Source: Kiritimatiellia bacterium
GTDB lineage: Bacteria > Verrucomicrobiota > Kiritimatiellia > JAAZAB01
Reading direction: 5' to 3'
DNA: 64,000 bases
Assembly (NCBI GenBank): GCA_040767085.1
Contig: JAXGPF010000007.1
Location: 64,001-128,000, forward strand
Below are positions 19,820 to 28,509 of the stretch, piece after piece. How positions within the stretch are numbered: the stretch's first letter is position 1; every line of letters begins with the position of its first letter. A program made the translations under genes and the position numbers. The notes under the pieces are model-generated. The model made no database searches, was not told where the DNA came from, and worked only from the letters and a program-made list of their open reading frames with translations.

Positions 19820-19966
19820 GGTGTTCAGTGTTCAGGATTCAGTGTTCAGTGTTCGGTGTTCGGTGTTCGGTGTTCAGTGTTCGGTGTTCGGTGTTCAGTG
19901 TTCGGTGTTCGGTGTTCGGTGTTCGGTGTTCAGTGTTCGGTGTTCAGGATTCAGTGTTCGGTGTTC
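19820..19966 (+). repeat. Tandem heptamer array (A/G)GTGTTC x21
   Basis: 21 consecutive 7-mers, two of them the variant AGGATTC; inverted copies at 20073-20096 and ~20129. Confidence 0.95.
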
Positions 19967-20119
19967 GGTGTCGCATACTGTTATGCATCAACATATTAAA
20001 ATCCTGGCTGATTTCAACCGAATACTGCGTTGAAAGCGGCTCGGTTTTTAGGCATGACAACGGAACCTATTCCACTGAACACCGAACACTGAACACAAAC
20101 TCTACACCCCGCATCCCGC

Positions 20120-21115
20120 TCACTGCCCACCGAACACTGATTTCAATTCCTCAACCTGCCGCACTGCCAGGGGAGACAGCTTCTCCGTTTCGCCCGGCGG
20201 CAGCCGCCGCCCCTGATTAAACAACACCACCACCGCATTCCGCTGCAATCTTTCCAGGCCCAGTCGCATGACCGGCGTATCCCGGAAAATAGCTGAAAAT
20301 CCCGGCTCCAGCAATGCCAGGCAATCCTCCGGCCCGGGCAAGTTTTCCCGCTGCGCCACAAACTCCGGCAGCATGCCGGCACGATCAGCCTGGGATGGAT
20401 TCCGCGGGCAGACGGCGGTGCAACAATCACAGCCGAATAGACGCTTTCCTACAAACCCAGCCGCCGCGCGGGGAATGACGCCCTTATGTTCCACGGTCCA
20501 ATATGCCGCGCACCGGCGCGCGTCCACCAGGCCATCCGGGCCGATGGCGGAATTGGGACAAGCCGCGGCGCACTGCCGGCAATCGCCGCAAAGATCGGGG
20601 GCCGGCGAACCGGATGTTTGCAGCGAAACATCCATCAACACCGCCCCCAGGCACAGGCAACAACCCCAGCGCGGATGCACCAGCGCCCCCTGCCGGCCGC
20701 GCCAGCCCAGCCCGGCACGCAAAGCCCATTCCCTTTCCGGCAGCGGCGCCGAATCAACGCAGATGCGGTACCGGGCGGAGCCGCCGGTTTGAACGCGGAG
20801 AAACTCCGCCAATTGGCGCAACCGCGCGCGCATAACCTCATGGTAATCCGGCAGACGGGCGTAGCCGGCATAGTCATTCCCGGGCCTGCCCGGCAGGTAC
20901 CGCGCCGCAACCATTACAAGCGTTCGGGCACCAGGCAGCAGCCGCTCCGGATGCCGCCGCAACGCGGCATGGCGCACCAGGTAACCCATCCCCGCCGCCC
21001 GGCCGGATGCCAGCCATTGTTCGATAACGGATTGCGATTGGCTGGGTCCGGCCGGCGCGCAGCCGGCCGCCGCAAATCCCAATTCCAACGCCTTGTTGAT
21101 GATGGCGGATTCCAT
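20120..21115 (-). CDS. queG: tRNA epoxyqueuosine(34) reductase
   Basis: DYHEVM, CVDSAPLPERE.A.RAGLGW.G, CGDCRQCAAACP, FGCDCCTAVCP. Confidence 0.92.
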   Translation of the reverse strand: MESAIINKALELGFAAAGCAPAGPSQSQSVIEQWLASGRAAGMGYLVRHAALRRHPERLLPGARTLVMVAARYLPGRPGNDYAGYARLPDYHEVMRARLRQLAEFLRVQTGGSARYRICVDSAPLPEREWALRAGLGWRGRQGALVHPRWGCCLCLGAVLMDVSLQTSGSPAPDLCGDCRQCAAACPNSAIGPDGLVDARRCAAYWTVEHKGVIPRAAAGFVGKRLFGCDCCTAVCPRNPSQADRAGMLPEFVAQRENLPGPEDCLALLEPGFSAIFRDTPVMRLGLERLQRNAVVVLFNQGRRLPPGETEKLSPLAVRQVEELKSVFGGQ

Positions 21116-21184
21116 GTCAATTCGTTAACTACCTGAAGTTTGCGCCATGCAAGTTTGGCGCGGGGCAAGGCGGCGAGAGTGGTA

Positions 21185-21322
21185 GCTATTAGAGCTATTA
21201 GGGGCACGTCTCATGCTATTAGGGTCACGTCTAAATATGTCATGCTATTAGGGTCACGTCTTAATTTGTAATATTTTCAGCACTTTACGGCAGGCTGCAT
21301 GCTATTAGGGTCACGTCTAAAT
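21185..21322. repeat. Ladder of partial duplications of the transposase-element 3' end
   Basis: Units starting (CAT)GCTATTA-G at 21185, 21194, 21212, 21241 and 21298, about 9, 18, 29 and 57 bp long, then the full element. Confidence 0.9.
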
Positions 21323-22356
21323 TTGTAATATTTTCAGCACTTTACGGCAGGCTGTATTGACATCTTTGTCAATCTCGCGTTGGGCTTCCAAGCGTCGCAC
21401 CGCTTCACCAACTGCAGCATAATCCAGGCCGCCCACCGCCGCGCCAAGTTCATGATAGGTCAGCCCGGTGCAAGCCCGCGCCGCCCATAATGCCACATCC
21501 GCCCCCAATCGCCATGCCGGTTGACAAAGACCGCCCACTTTTCCTGCTTCACCGTTTCAACCGTTTTAACCACCTCCGCAAAACTACGTAAGCCGCGTAA
21601 AGCACGCTTCGCCGGCCACTCCCGGCATAACGGTTTAGCTCCTTGCTTTATAGCCTGAAAATATCCTTCGGCGCCAACCGCCAAATTGCTTCGCAAGCGC
21701 TCGGCCCAGTTCTCGGCATAGCCACCCTGACCATATCGCTCAAGTTCCGCACGATACCGCCGCCACCGCTCCGCCCCACGACCGCCTGCTCTTTTCAAAA
21801 TCGCTTCCTGATGCAACCAGTCCGGGCCGCGGTTATAACCGGCAAAGGCACAATATGAACTCCACGCATGCTCCCGTAACACCTTCAGCCGTGAAGCCAC
21901 CTCGGTGGCACTAGCCGCCTGCTTCAACCCTAACCCTTCAAGACGCCGCCCGTGTTTATCCAGCCCCAGCCATTTCACACGCACCGGATTCAAATGCACA
22001 TACTGGCTCAGCCGATAGAGCCACCCACCGCCCTCCACCGGCACACTCTTAAAGCGCCCCTGGAACAACGGCCCAACCCGGTCATGCCGCCGGTTAAACC
22101 AAATACTGTAGCTCACATTTAACCATTGCATCCCACGGCTTAGATTGCCCTCCGGCACGCGCAAAATTAAATGATAGTGATTGTCCATCAGCACATAACC
22201 ATGCACTTCAAACGCATAGCGCTGGCTAACCTTTGCAAGCAACCCCATAAGATGCTCGTAATCGCCCTGGTCGCAAAAGATCCCCGCGCGATTAATCCCG
22301 CGGTTCACCACGTGATACCACCCGCCTGCGTGTTGCAATCGAAGTGCTCTAGCCAT
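21317..22356 (-). CDS. HUH/Y1 REP-associated-type tyrosine transposase with C-terminal DnaA-domain-IV-like HTH (one-base frameshift near 21500)
   Basis: YHVVNRG, NHYHL (HUH), GPLFQGRFKS, YVHLNP (catalytic Tyr), WSSY. Tail RDVALWAAR..TGLTYHELGAAVGGLDYAAV. The second copy reads CATCCCG where this copy reads CATCCG; restoring that base gives about 346 aa. Confidence 0.88.
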
Positions 22357-22362
22357 GTTTAG

Positions 22363-22391
22363 ATGCCAACATAATCCGTAATTCTTGTCAA
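22363..22391 (-). promoter_or_regulatory. Putative sigma70 promoter of the transposase (leaderless mRNA)
   Basis: TTGACA-17 nt-TGGCAT with TG extension; ATG lies 6 nt after the -10 box. Confidence 0.5.
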
Positions 22392-22443
22392 GTATTTATT
22401 ACTTATTTAGACATGACCCCAATTCTTTTACCAAATATATTCC

Positions 22444-23816
22444 TGTTCGTAACAAGTCAAGTGTCCGCTTTTGTAACAAGTGATCTGGGTCTGATTTGTT
22501 ATTGTGTTGTTGCTCCTGGGGTGAGGATTTTCCTCCCCCGCGGGGAAGAAAAAGTGGCTTATGCGACGTCCTCAGCGACGCCAAGATGTTCAACGGTCCT
22601 GGTAGCGCCAACCACATGCGGGCCATAACGGATGGACACCGTGCCATCGAGGTGCTCGCAGACTTTAACCCGGCACTTGGCGAAGCTGAAACGCCATTTG
22701 ATGGTCCAATCTGCAAGCGGCGACTCCCGACAGCCACGGTATTGTCATTTTGAACCTCGCGCATGCTGCACACAGAAAATGCTGTCCAAATCCCTGCTCA
22801 CCGCAAGGCACGAAACACGTTCCTGTTTCCCGCGCCTTCACCTTCATGTTGCGATTGGAAGGAAAGCAGAAACTGTTGTTGAATATAGACGTTGGCCTCG
22901 GCCATCGTCCGGATTCCCGCCTGCCTTAATTCGCGGTATGCCCTTGCCAGGTCTTAAACATCCGCTCTATTCGCCCACGTCCCTGGGGGCTATAGCTCGG
23001 AATATGTTCGATCCCCAACTGTTGCAACGCCCGTCCAATTTGCGTCAATTGACGCCGGTCCAACCGCCCCGCCTTCTTTGGGCGTATAAAGAAATGACTG
23101 CCACGATCCGTGTACAGACTGCAGAAACCCCATGTTTAATAATGACTTCTTTCAACCCCTTCATCACCGTTAATGTCCCTTCCTGGGTACAAGATAGGCC
23201 GTGTAGACTTCGCTGGTGGCATCGTCCATCACCAGGATCGGATCCTGCTTCTGGTCTGGCCAGCAGGGGCAACCAGGCATGGGTGCTGCCACCATCAACA
23301 TCATCCCCGCCATTTGTCGCCGTTCGGCTGCTGCTGCCGATGCGGCCCTCGTTTCCGGGCCTTCGCTACCAACCCGGCCGTCTGCAAGGCGCTCTGACCC
23401 ACTGATAACTGAGCTCGATCCCATGCTCCGCCTGCAGCTTCTCGTGAAAATGCCTCACATTGAAATCCATGTATTCTTCTCGTACAACCTCAGCACCTGC
23501 TTCACCGTCGCAAGGAGCACGCGCCGCAGCACCGGTATCTTCCGCCGACGATCCAGCAGCCCGTCGGAACCATACCGCTCGTAGCGCCCTTCCAGCGCCT
23601 CGCATGGTCCGGTAGCTCACACCTAGTATCTCCGCCGCCTCCCACCACATTAACCGCCCTTCAATCGCACGCAAGATCACTTCCTGTACACCATTGCCCG
23701 CTCCAGCGGCTGCCTTCGGATATTCATCCATATATTACCCCTTTGAATGCACCATCTGACAGCTTTAAGCGGACAACCATTTGTTAATTATGCGGCCAAG
23801 TCATTTGTTTACGACA
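22444..23816 (-). mobile_element. Second IS1202-family copy with many indels (pseudogene or assembly error)
   Basis: Reverse-complement copy of 11634-13019 with the same ends. Imperfect target duplication TTACCAAATATATTCC (22428-22443) / TTACCCAAATACGTGTTCC (23817-23835). Transposase is fragmented. Confidence 0.9.
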
Positions 23817-23837
23817 TTACCCAAATACGTGTTCCGC

Positions 23838-23865
23838 TTGACATTTGTTCCAATCATGCTAAATG
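23838..23865 (+). promoter_or_regulatory. Putative cassette promoter (Pc-like)
   Basis: Perfect TTGACA followed by a TG-C-TAAAT -10-like element, upstream of the attI-like site. Confidence 0.45.
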
Positions 23866-23870
23866 AATTT

Positions 23871-23911
23871 CAGTAGTAATTTCGCAGGTTAGTCTAATAC
23901 TACTGTTGGAG
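23871..23911 (+). other. attI-like recombination site / cassette core site
   Basis: GGTTAGTCTAATACTACT-GTTGGAG. Core GTTGGAGTC (23905-23913) is the exact reverse complement of GACTCCAAC in the downstream attC. 8-bp IR CAGTAGTA/TACTACTG. Confidence 0.55.
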
Positions 23912-23913
23912 TC

Positions 23914-24324
23914 ATGAAGAAACGCAGGACACTCCTGACGATCGCAATCACCGCAGTGCTCTGCTTTGCTGCCGTTCCTATCGCAAGATACCTTCATGCA
24001 TTCCACCACTGGAGCCGAAAGTACAATCAGGCAGAGCGCCTCGTGCCAATCGTGTGGCCAATGTCTTCCGACATTCAGGAGTTCAGCCAAGATCGTGCGG
24101 CGTTCCCAGCATCTTTGGAGGAGCTTGTGGCGTTTTCGGGGGCAACGCAGTGCCTGTCCCTCGCTCGGTTCCCGCACGAGTTCTCCACAGGAACGGGCGT
24201 AGTGTTTCGCATCATGGTAAATGACATGTTCGGGTTCACAGTCAGTGCAGACGGGCGACCAGACTGGATCTGGCCACCTGATGGAATATGGACTCCAACA
24301 ACCGGCGGAACCGTACGCCGCTAA
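23914..24324 (+). CDS. Integron-type cassette ORF, small membrane-anchored hypothetical protein
   Basis: ATG 9 nt after the core G; N-terminal TM helix; stop codon inside the attC; codon usage visibly less GC-biased than the neighbours. Confidence 0.75.
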   Translation: MKKRRTLLTIAITAVLCFAAVPIARYLHAFHHWSRKYNQAERLVPIVWPMSSDIQEFSQDRAAFPASLEELVAFSGATQCLSLARFPHEFSTGTGVVFRIMVNDMFGFTVSADGRPDWIWPPDGIWTPTTGGTVRR

Positions 24325-24353
24325 CGCGCCGCCGGTTCGCCGGGGCGTTGGGA
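24293..24353 (+). other. attC site
   Basis: R'' CTCCAAC ... CCGGCGGAACCG / CGGTTCGCCGG arms with one extrahelical base ... R' GTTGGGA; about 61 bp. Confidence 0.8.
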
Positions 24354-24359
24354 GTCACG

Positions 24360-24428
24360 AGTAATTAGGGGAGTAATTAGTAATTAGGGTCACGTCTAAA
24401 TTTGTAGTAATTAGGGTCACGTCTAAAT
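24360..24428. repeat. Second ladder of element-end duplications
   Basis: Units starting AGTAATT at 24360, 24372, 24379 and 24406; the last two continue AGGGTCACGTCTAAATTTGT. Confidence 0.88.
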
Positions 24429-24866
24429 TTGTAATATTTTAGCACTTTACGGCAGGCCGCATTGATATCTCGATCAATCTCGCGTTGGGCTTCCAAGCGT
24501 CGCACTGCTTCACCAACTGCAGCATAATCCAAGCCGCCCACCGCCGCGCCAAGTTCGTGATAGGTCAGCTCGGTGCAAGCCCGCGCCGCCCATAATGCCA
24601 CATCCCGCCCCCAATCGCCATGCCGGTTGACAAAGACCGCCCACTTTTCCTGCTTCACCGCTTCAACCGCTTTAACCACCACTGTAAAACTACGTAAGCC
24701 GCGTAAAGTACGTTTCGCCGGCCACTCCCGGCATAACGGTTTAGATCCTTGCTTTATAGCCTGAAAAAATTCTTCGGCGCCAACCGCCATATTGCTTCAC
24801 AAGCGCGCGGCCCAGTTCTCGGCATAGCCACTCCTGACATATCGCTCAAGTTCCGCACGATACCGC
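24409..24866 (-). pseudogene. 5'-truncated second copy of the RAYT-like transposase (HTH half only)
   Basis: Closely similar to 21303-21760; homology stops after ACGATACCGC (~24866), 17 bp from the stop codon of the next gene. Confidence 0.88.
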
Positions 24867-24883
24867 TGGCATCCGGCCAGGCT

Positions 24884-26944
24884 TCACTGCCGCTGGATCA
24901 GGTAGTAAATGGACGGGAATGGCCCGCCCAGCGTAAACGAGATGGCGCCGTCTTGTACGGCGGCCGGCACCTTCCCGATCAGCGCGCCGGCGGTGTTAAC
25001 GGCGAATATTTTCAAGCCGCTGACCCGGGTGCCGATTTCCAGTTCCGCCTCGATCACCTCGACCTGGATCGGCCCATGACCGCGATTAAACTGAAGGGTA
25101 TGGTCGGCATTGTACTCGGCGCCGGTGTTGTCCGCCCGGCCCACGGCGGTCAGGAGCAGATTATCGGACTCCGCCACCGGGGCATCGGTGAGCGAACTCA
25201 GGGCAATCACGCCAAAATCCGTATGCACCTTGATTTTCATTCCGCGCAGGGCGATCGCGCCGGCCGCACCCAGGAAGCCGTATGCCGCCTTGGTGCGCGG
25301 CGTGTCAATCGTGGCATAGCGGCGGTCGAGATTGCGATACAGTTCGCCGGTATCGGAAACCAATTTCCGCAGGTTTTCCGGAACCAGCGGGCGGTCCAGC
25401 GGCGTTTGCAGCGGCGCGGAGGCAGAGTCGCCGGCAAAACGGATGCCGACCTTGCGGACTTCCGCGGCGCCGGCCAACGCCGGGACATCGCCGGCGCCCA
25501 GATGAACCTTGCCGGCCGGCGCGGGCGCGGCGGGATCGGGCAAATCCGGCAGCACGACTTCCGCCGGGTTGTCGGATTCGCGGACATCGCCGCGCCGCAG
25601 CAACAGCGCGGCGTGGTAAAACAAGCCGAATTTAGCAGGATCGTTAAACGTGTCGAACACCCCTCCGCGGTACGGGACGCCGGCCAGCGCATCGGAAGTG
25701 ATGGGCGCGGCAATCTGGTCCACATGTTCCCGGCAATCATAGCGGTAGGTGTGGATCGCGGCGCCCGCCCAGCCCTGCAACGCGGCAACCGCGGCCAGAT
25801 AGAGCGGGCTTTCGGCGCGCCATTCGTTGGGCCAGGGATCGTCCCACTCGGAAACGAAGAAAGGGCGGTCCAGGAACCGGCAGAAAGTCAGCCCGCGGAA
25901 CCACGGGGCACGCTCCCCCAGCATGCTGCGGTTCCGAAAACGTTTTTCCGCCGGACGCCACACCCCCCATTCATACCAGTAGGTATGGCCATCGGTGAAA
26001 TCCGCCGTGCGCTGGGCGGCCATCAAAGGCGCCCCGCCGGCGGCCCAGTTGGTGCCGGCGATGGGAATCCGCACGCCCAATTCCCGCAGATGCCGGATCA
26101 TGCCGGCGTAATATTCCCGCTGGATTTCCACCAGGAAGGCCAGCATGGCCGGCGCGCCGGAGGTAAAATCCAGCGGATCCGCCGCCGGCGGCAAGCCCCG
26201 GCCTTCCTCCCAGGCGCGGTAACGCTGCGCCAACTGCGAGCGGTATGGTTCCACCAGGTTCTGCATGCAGGCCCGGTTTAAAATCTCGTTTTCATTGGCG
26301 ATTTCCGTCATAACGATGGCCGGATCGTCCTTGAAGGCCAGGCTGGTATAGGGATTGACATGCGTCCAGATTTGCGCGTTAAATTCGCGCTGGAGTTCGA
26401 TCAGGCGCGGATCGAAATTGGAATACGGCCGGGCGGCCGCCGGCAACTGGTCGGCCGCCGGCACGCCATCGCCGCTGCGGAAAGTCCGGTAGGTCAGCAG
26501 GTCCAGATAAATGTAGATTCCCTCGTTTTTCAAACAATGGACAAGGTAATCCAGGCGGTCGAGACTTTCCGGATCAAGCCGCCGGGTATTTTCCAGGCGG
26601 GCGCCCTTGGTGAATTGAAAAATATTCGGCGTGGACCATTCGCCGTCCAACTGGTGAAAACGCACCAGGTTGACACCGAACCGCGCCAGGCGCCGGGCCA
26701 CGATTTCGCTGTGAGCATGGGTGGGGAAATTGGCGGCGCTGTTGAAATTGACGCCCCAAAAACGGCCGGGAGCGCCATCCTCGAAAACGAACCGGCCGCC
26801 GCGCGCTTGCAGAAAGCCATGGCGGCCTGCGGGCTTTTCGCCGGCGAACACGAACGACAAGTCAACCGGCGCATTGTCCCACGGCAGGGTAAAGTCGATC
26901 ACACGGCGGGATTCGGTTTGCATGTTATTCCTCATTGGGGGCAT
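24884..26944 (-). CDS. Glycoside hydrolase clan-A (GH5-like) protein
   Basis: RFWGVN, GVNLVRFH, HVNPYT...DDPAI..EIANE (acid/base), DGHTYW, PFFVSEW (nucleophile). Confidence 0.75.
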   Translation of the reverse strand: MPPMRNNMQTESRRVIDFTLPWDNAPVDLSFVFAGEKPAGRHGFLQARGGRFVFEDGAPGRFWGVNFNSAANFPTHAHSEIVARRLARFGVNLVRFHQLDGEWSTPNIFQFTKGARLENTRRLDPESLDRLDYLVHCLKNEGIYIYLDLLTYRTFRSGDGVPAADQLPAAARPYSNFDPRLIELQREFNAQIWTHVNPYTSLAFKDDPAIVMTEIANENEILNRACMQNLVEPYRSQLAQRYRAWEEGRGLPPAADPLDFTSGAPAMLAFLVEIQREYYAGMIRHLRELGVRIPIAGTNWAAGGAPLMAAQRTADFTDGHTYWYEWGVWRPAEKRFRNRSMLGERAPWFRGLTFCRFLDRPFFVSEWDDPWPNEWRAESPLYLAAVAALQGWAGAAIHTYRYDCREHVDQIAAPITSDALAGVPYRGGVFDTFNDPAKFGLFYHAALLLRRGDVRESDNPAEVVLPDLPDPAAPAPAGKVHLGAGDVPALAGAAEVRKVGIRFAGDSASAPLQTPLDRPLVPENLRKLVSDTGELYRNLDRRYATIDTPRTKAAYGFLGAAGAIALRGMKIKVHTDFGVIALSSLTDAPVAESDNLLLTAVGRADNTGAEYNADHTLQFNRGHGPIQVEVIEAELEIGTRVSGLKIFAVNTAGALIGKVPAAVQDGAISFTLGGPFPSIYYLIQRQ

Positions 26945-27120
26945 AGGGATCAGACATTGTTACGCACTGAGTGCCGGGCATGATTTTGCCGGAAGAGGGC
27001 AAGGCGGACAAAGCCTACAACCCCGGGAAACCGCAGATTGCCGAATGATGATGTCCAAATTACAGGGCATATCCTTTGTTTCCTTCGATATTCTGCGGTT
27101 TATTATCCGTCAATTTGCAG

Positions 27121-28251
27121 TTAACTTTTCTTGCTTTTAACGGCAGTACTTCCCTGATAAGGCAATTCCCCGGCATCCGCACCCGCCGGGAAGACGGCCG
27201 GCGGCGGCTCCGCCGGCAAGTTAAACTGCTCGGCCAACCACTGGTAAGCCATCTGCATGGCGTCCGGCGGCGGACGATGCCCGGCGGCATGGTAGAGGAA
27301 TCCCAAGGACTCAGGCTGTCCGTAAAGCGCATACACGGGCCGGGCGGCGGACAGATACTGGCGGCTTTCCGGCTTGTCATATTCGCCGCCAACCAGCAAA
27401 AAGGCCCGCGGCGCCATCAATGCCAGCAGGTGGTGGTTGCCCCAGCGGAATCCCGGAGTCCGCACCTGGGGACCGTAATACCACGGCGCATCCCAGTTGC
27501 TGAAATCCCATCCCATGCCGAAATCCGAGCCGATGACCGCCTTGACCCGGTCATCCAGGACGCCGGCGGTAAAGGCCATTTTTCCGCCCAGTGAATGCCC
27601 CACTGCGGCAATGCGGTTAAGGTCCATGCACGGCTGCGCCAGTAAAAGATCCACCGCCCGCATGACATCGGCGGTCAGTTTGCCGATGCCGGTCCAGTGC
27701 GGATGATCCGCCAACAATTTATCCGCCGCCGCCTGCCACCAGGCAAATCCCTGGTTGGGTTGCGGCTCCGGCACGGTATTAAAAGGGAAGGCTTCGCAGC
27801 ACACCACCACATACCCCTGCTCCGCCAGGCAGCGGCCGAATTGCATGTGTGGCAGTTCGGTAATGGGCGCTTTGAGCTTCAAATTATAGCCCATCATGGC
27901 ATCCGGATGGTAAAATGGCACGATGGCGCCCGGGCGGTAAGCATACCGCGCCTCCCGCGGTTCCAGCACTACGGCCAGTTGTGTGGCATTGGGTCCGGTC
28001 TGCTGACGGTATACTTTGCCCGTATAAGCCGGCGCCTCGAAGGTTTCCAGGAGCACATCGCGACGATCGAACCAGGTGTATTCCGGCCGGCCCATGATGG
28101 CGCCCCAAGCCTCGCGGATGGAGGCGCGCGCGTAGTTCCAATCGCGGATATCGGCGGGCATGCCGCCGGGGTAAATCGGCGCCAGGTTTTGGGGCGACCC
28201 CATGTCCGCCGCCGCCCAATCCGCCAGCCTTGCCGCAGTGGTATCGCTCAT
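27121..28251 (-). CDS. Alpha/beta hydrolase (dienelactone hydrolase-like)
   Basis: RIAAVGHSLGG nucleophile elbow, LMAPRAFL, GGEYD, GH. Confidence 0.85.
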   Translation of the reverse strand: MSDTTAARLADWAAADMGSPQNLAPIYPGGMPADIRDWNYARASIREAWGAIMGRPEYTWFDRRDVLLETFEAPAYTGKVYRQQTGPNATQLAVVLEPREARYAYRPGAIVPFYHPDAMMGYNLKLKAPITELPHMQFGRCLAEQGYVVVCCEAFPFNTVPEPQPNQGFAWWQAAADKLLADHPHWTGIGKLTADVMRAVDLLLAQPCMDLNRIAAVGHSLGGKMAFTAGVLDDRVKAVIGSDFGMGWDFSNWDAPWYYGPQVRTPGFRWGNHHLLALMAPRAFLLVGGEYDKPESRQYLSAARPVYALYGQPESLGFLYHAAGHRPPPDAMQMAYQWLAEQFNLPAEPPPAVFPAGADAGELPYQGSTAVKSKKS

Positions 28252-28509
28252 TTTCCTCCGCAATCCACGCGCCCCCGCCACCGCGGCGAGCCCGCTCATA
28301 TTTTAACGTAATTCGACGCCAGTAATGCGTAAATACTACGCCTTCCCCGCACAAAGTCAAGATGCCGGGCGTTTCCTACTCTTGCCTGGCGCAAGTCAAT
28401 GTCCCCAGGGATTGCCGCCACTCTTTCGCGGCGAAGCCTTTTCGGACTGCGGCGGCCGGCACGCAGTTCCGGCGTGACATATCGCGGCCTTCGTGTTATG
28501 AATCCTGCC

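Larger units (their letters stand above)
21303..22424 (-). mobile_element. RAYT-like Y1 transposase element bounded by 20-bp imperfect inverted ends
   Basis: TATTAGGGTCACGTCTAAAT (21303-21322) vs reverse complement of 22405-22424, AATTGGGGTCATGTCTAAAT. Confidence 0.75.

Noticed and set aside
19682-20220. ORFs with CSVFGVR repeats
   Set aside because: They are translations of the heptamer array, which has no stop codon in any plus-strand frame; no other coding evidence.
21185-21322. CRISPR-like array from the repeated TATTAGGGTCACGTCT
   Set aside because: The intervening sequences are copies of the adjacent element end, not unique spacers; unit lengths are irregular; no cas genes are present.
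21490-21510. Programmed frameshift in the Y1 transposase
   Set aside because: No slippery heptamer, and the second copy has the extra C that keeps the frame; a sequencing error or point mutation is more likely.
11634-23816. Composite transposon formed by the two inverted IS copies
   Set aside because: Each copy has its own target duplication, and the enclosed genes (ispH, tatD, queG) are housekeeping genes.
24749-26281. Long antisense ORFs (also 634-1707, 7436-8530, 28396-29514, 49252-50877, 50965-52623, 56554-58479, 62506-63882)
   Set aside because: Shadow frames of well-supported genes in high-GC DNA; no motifs of their own.
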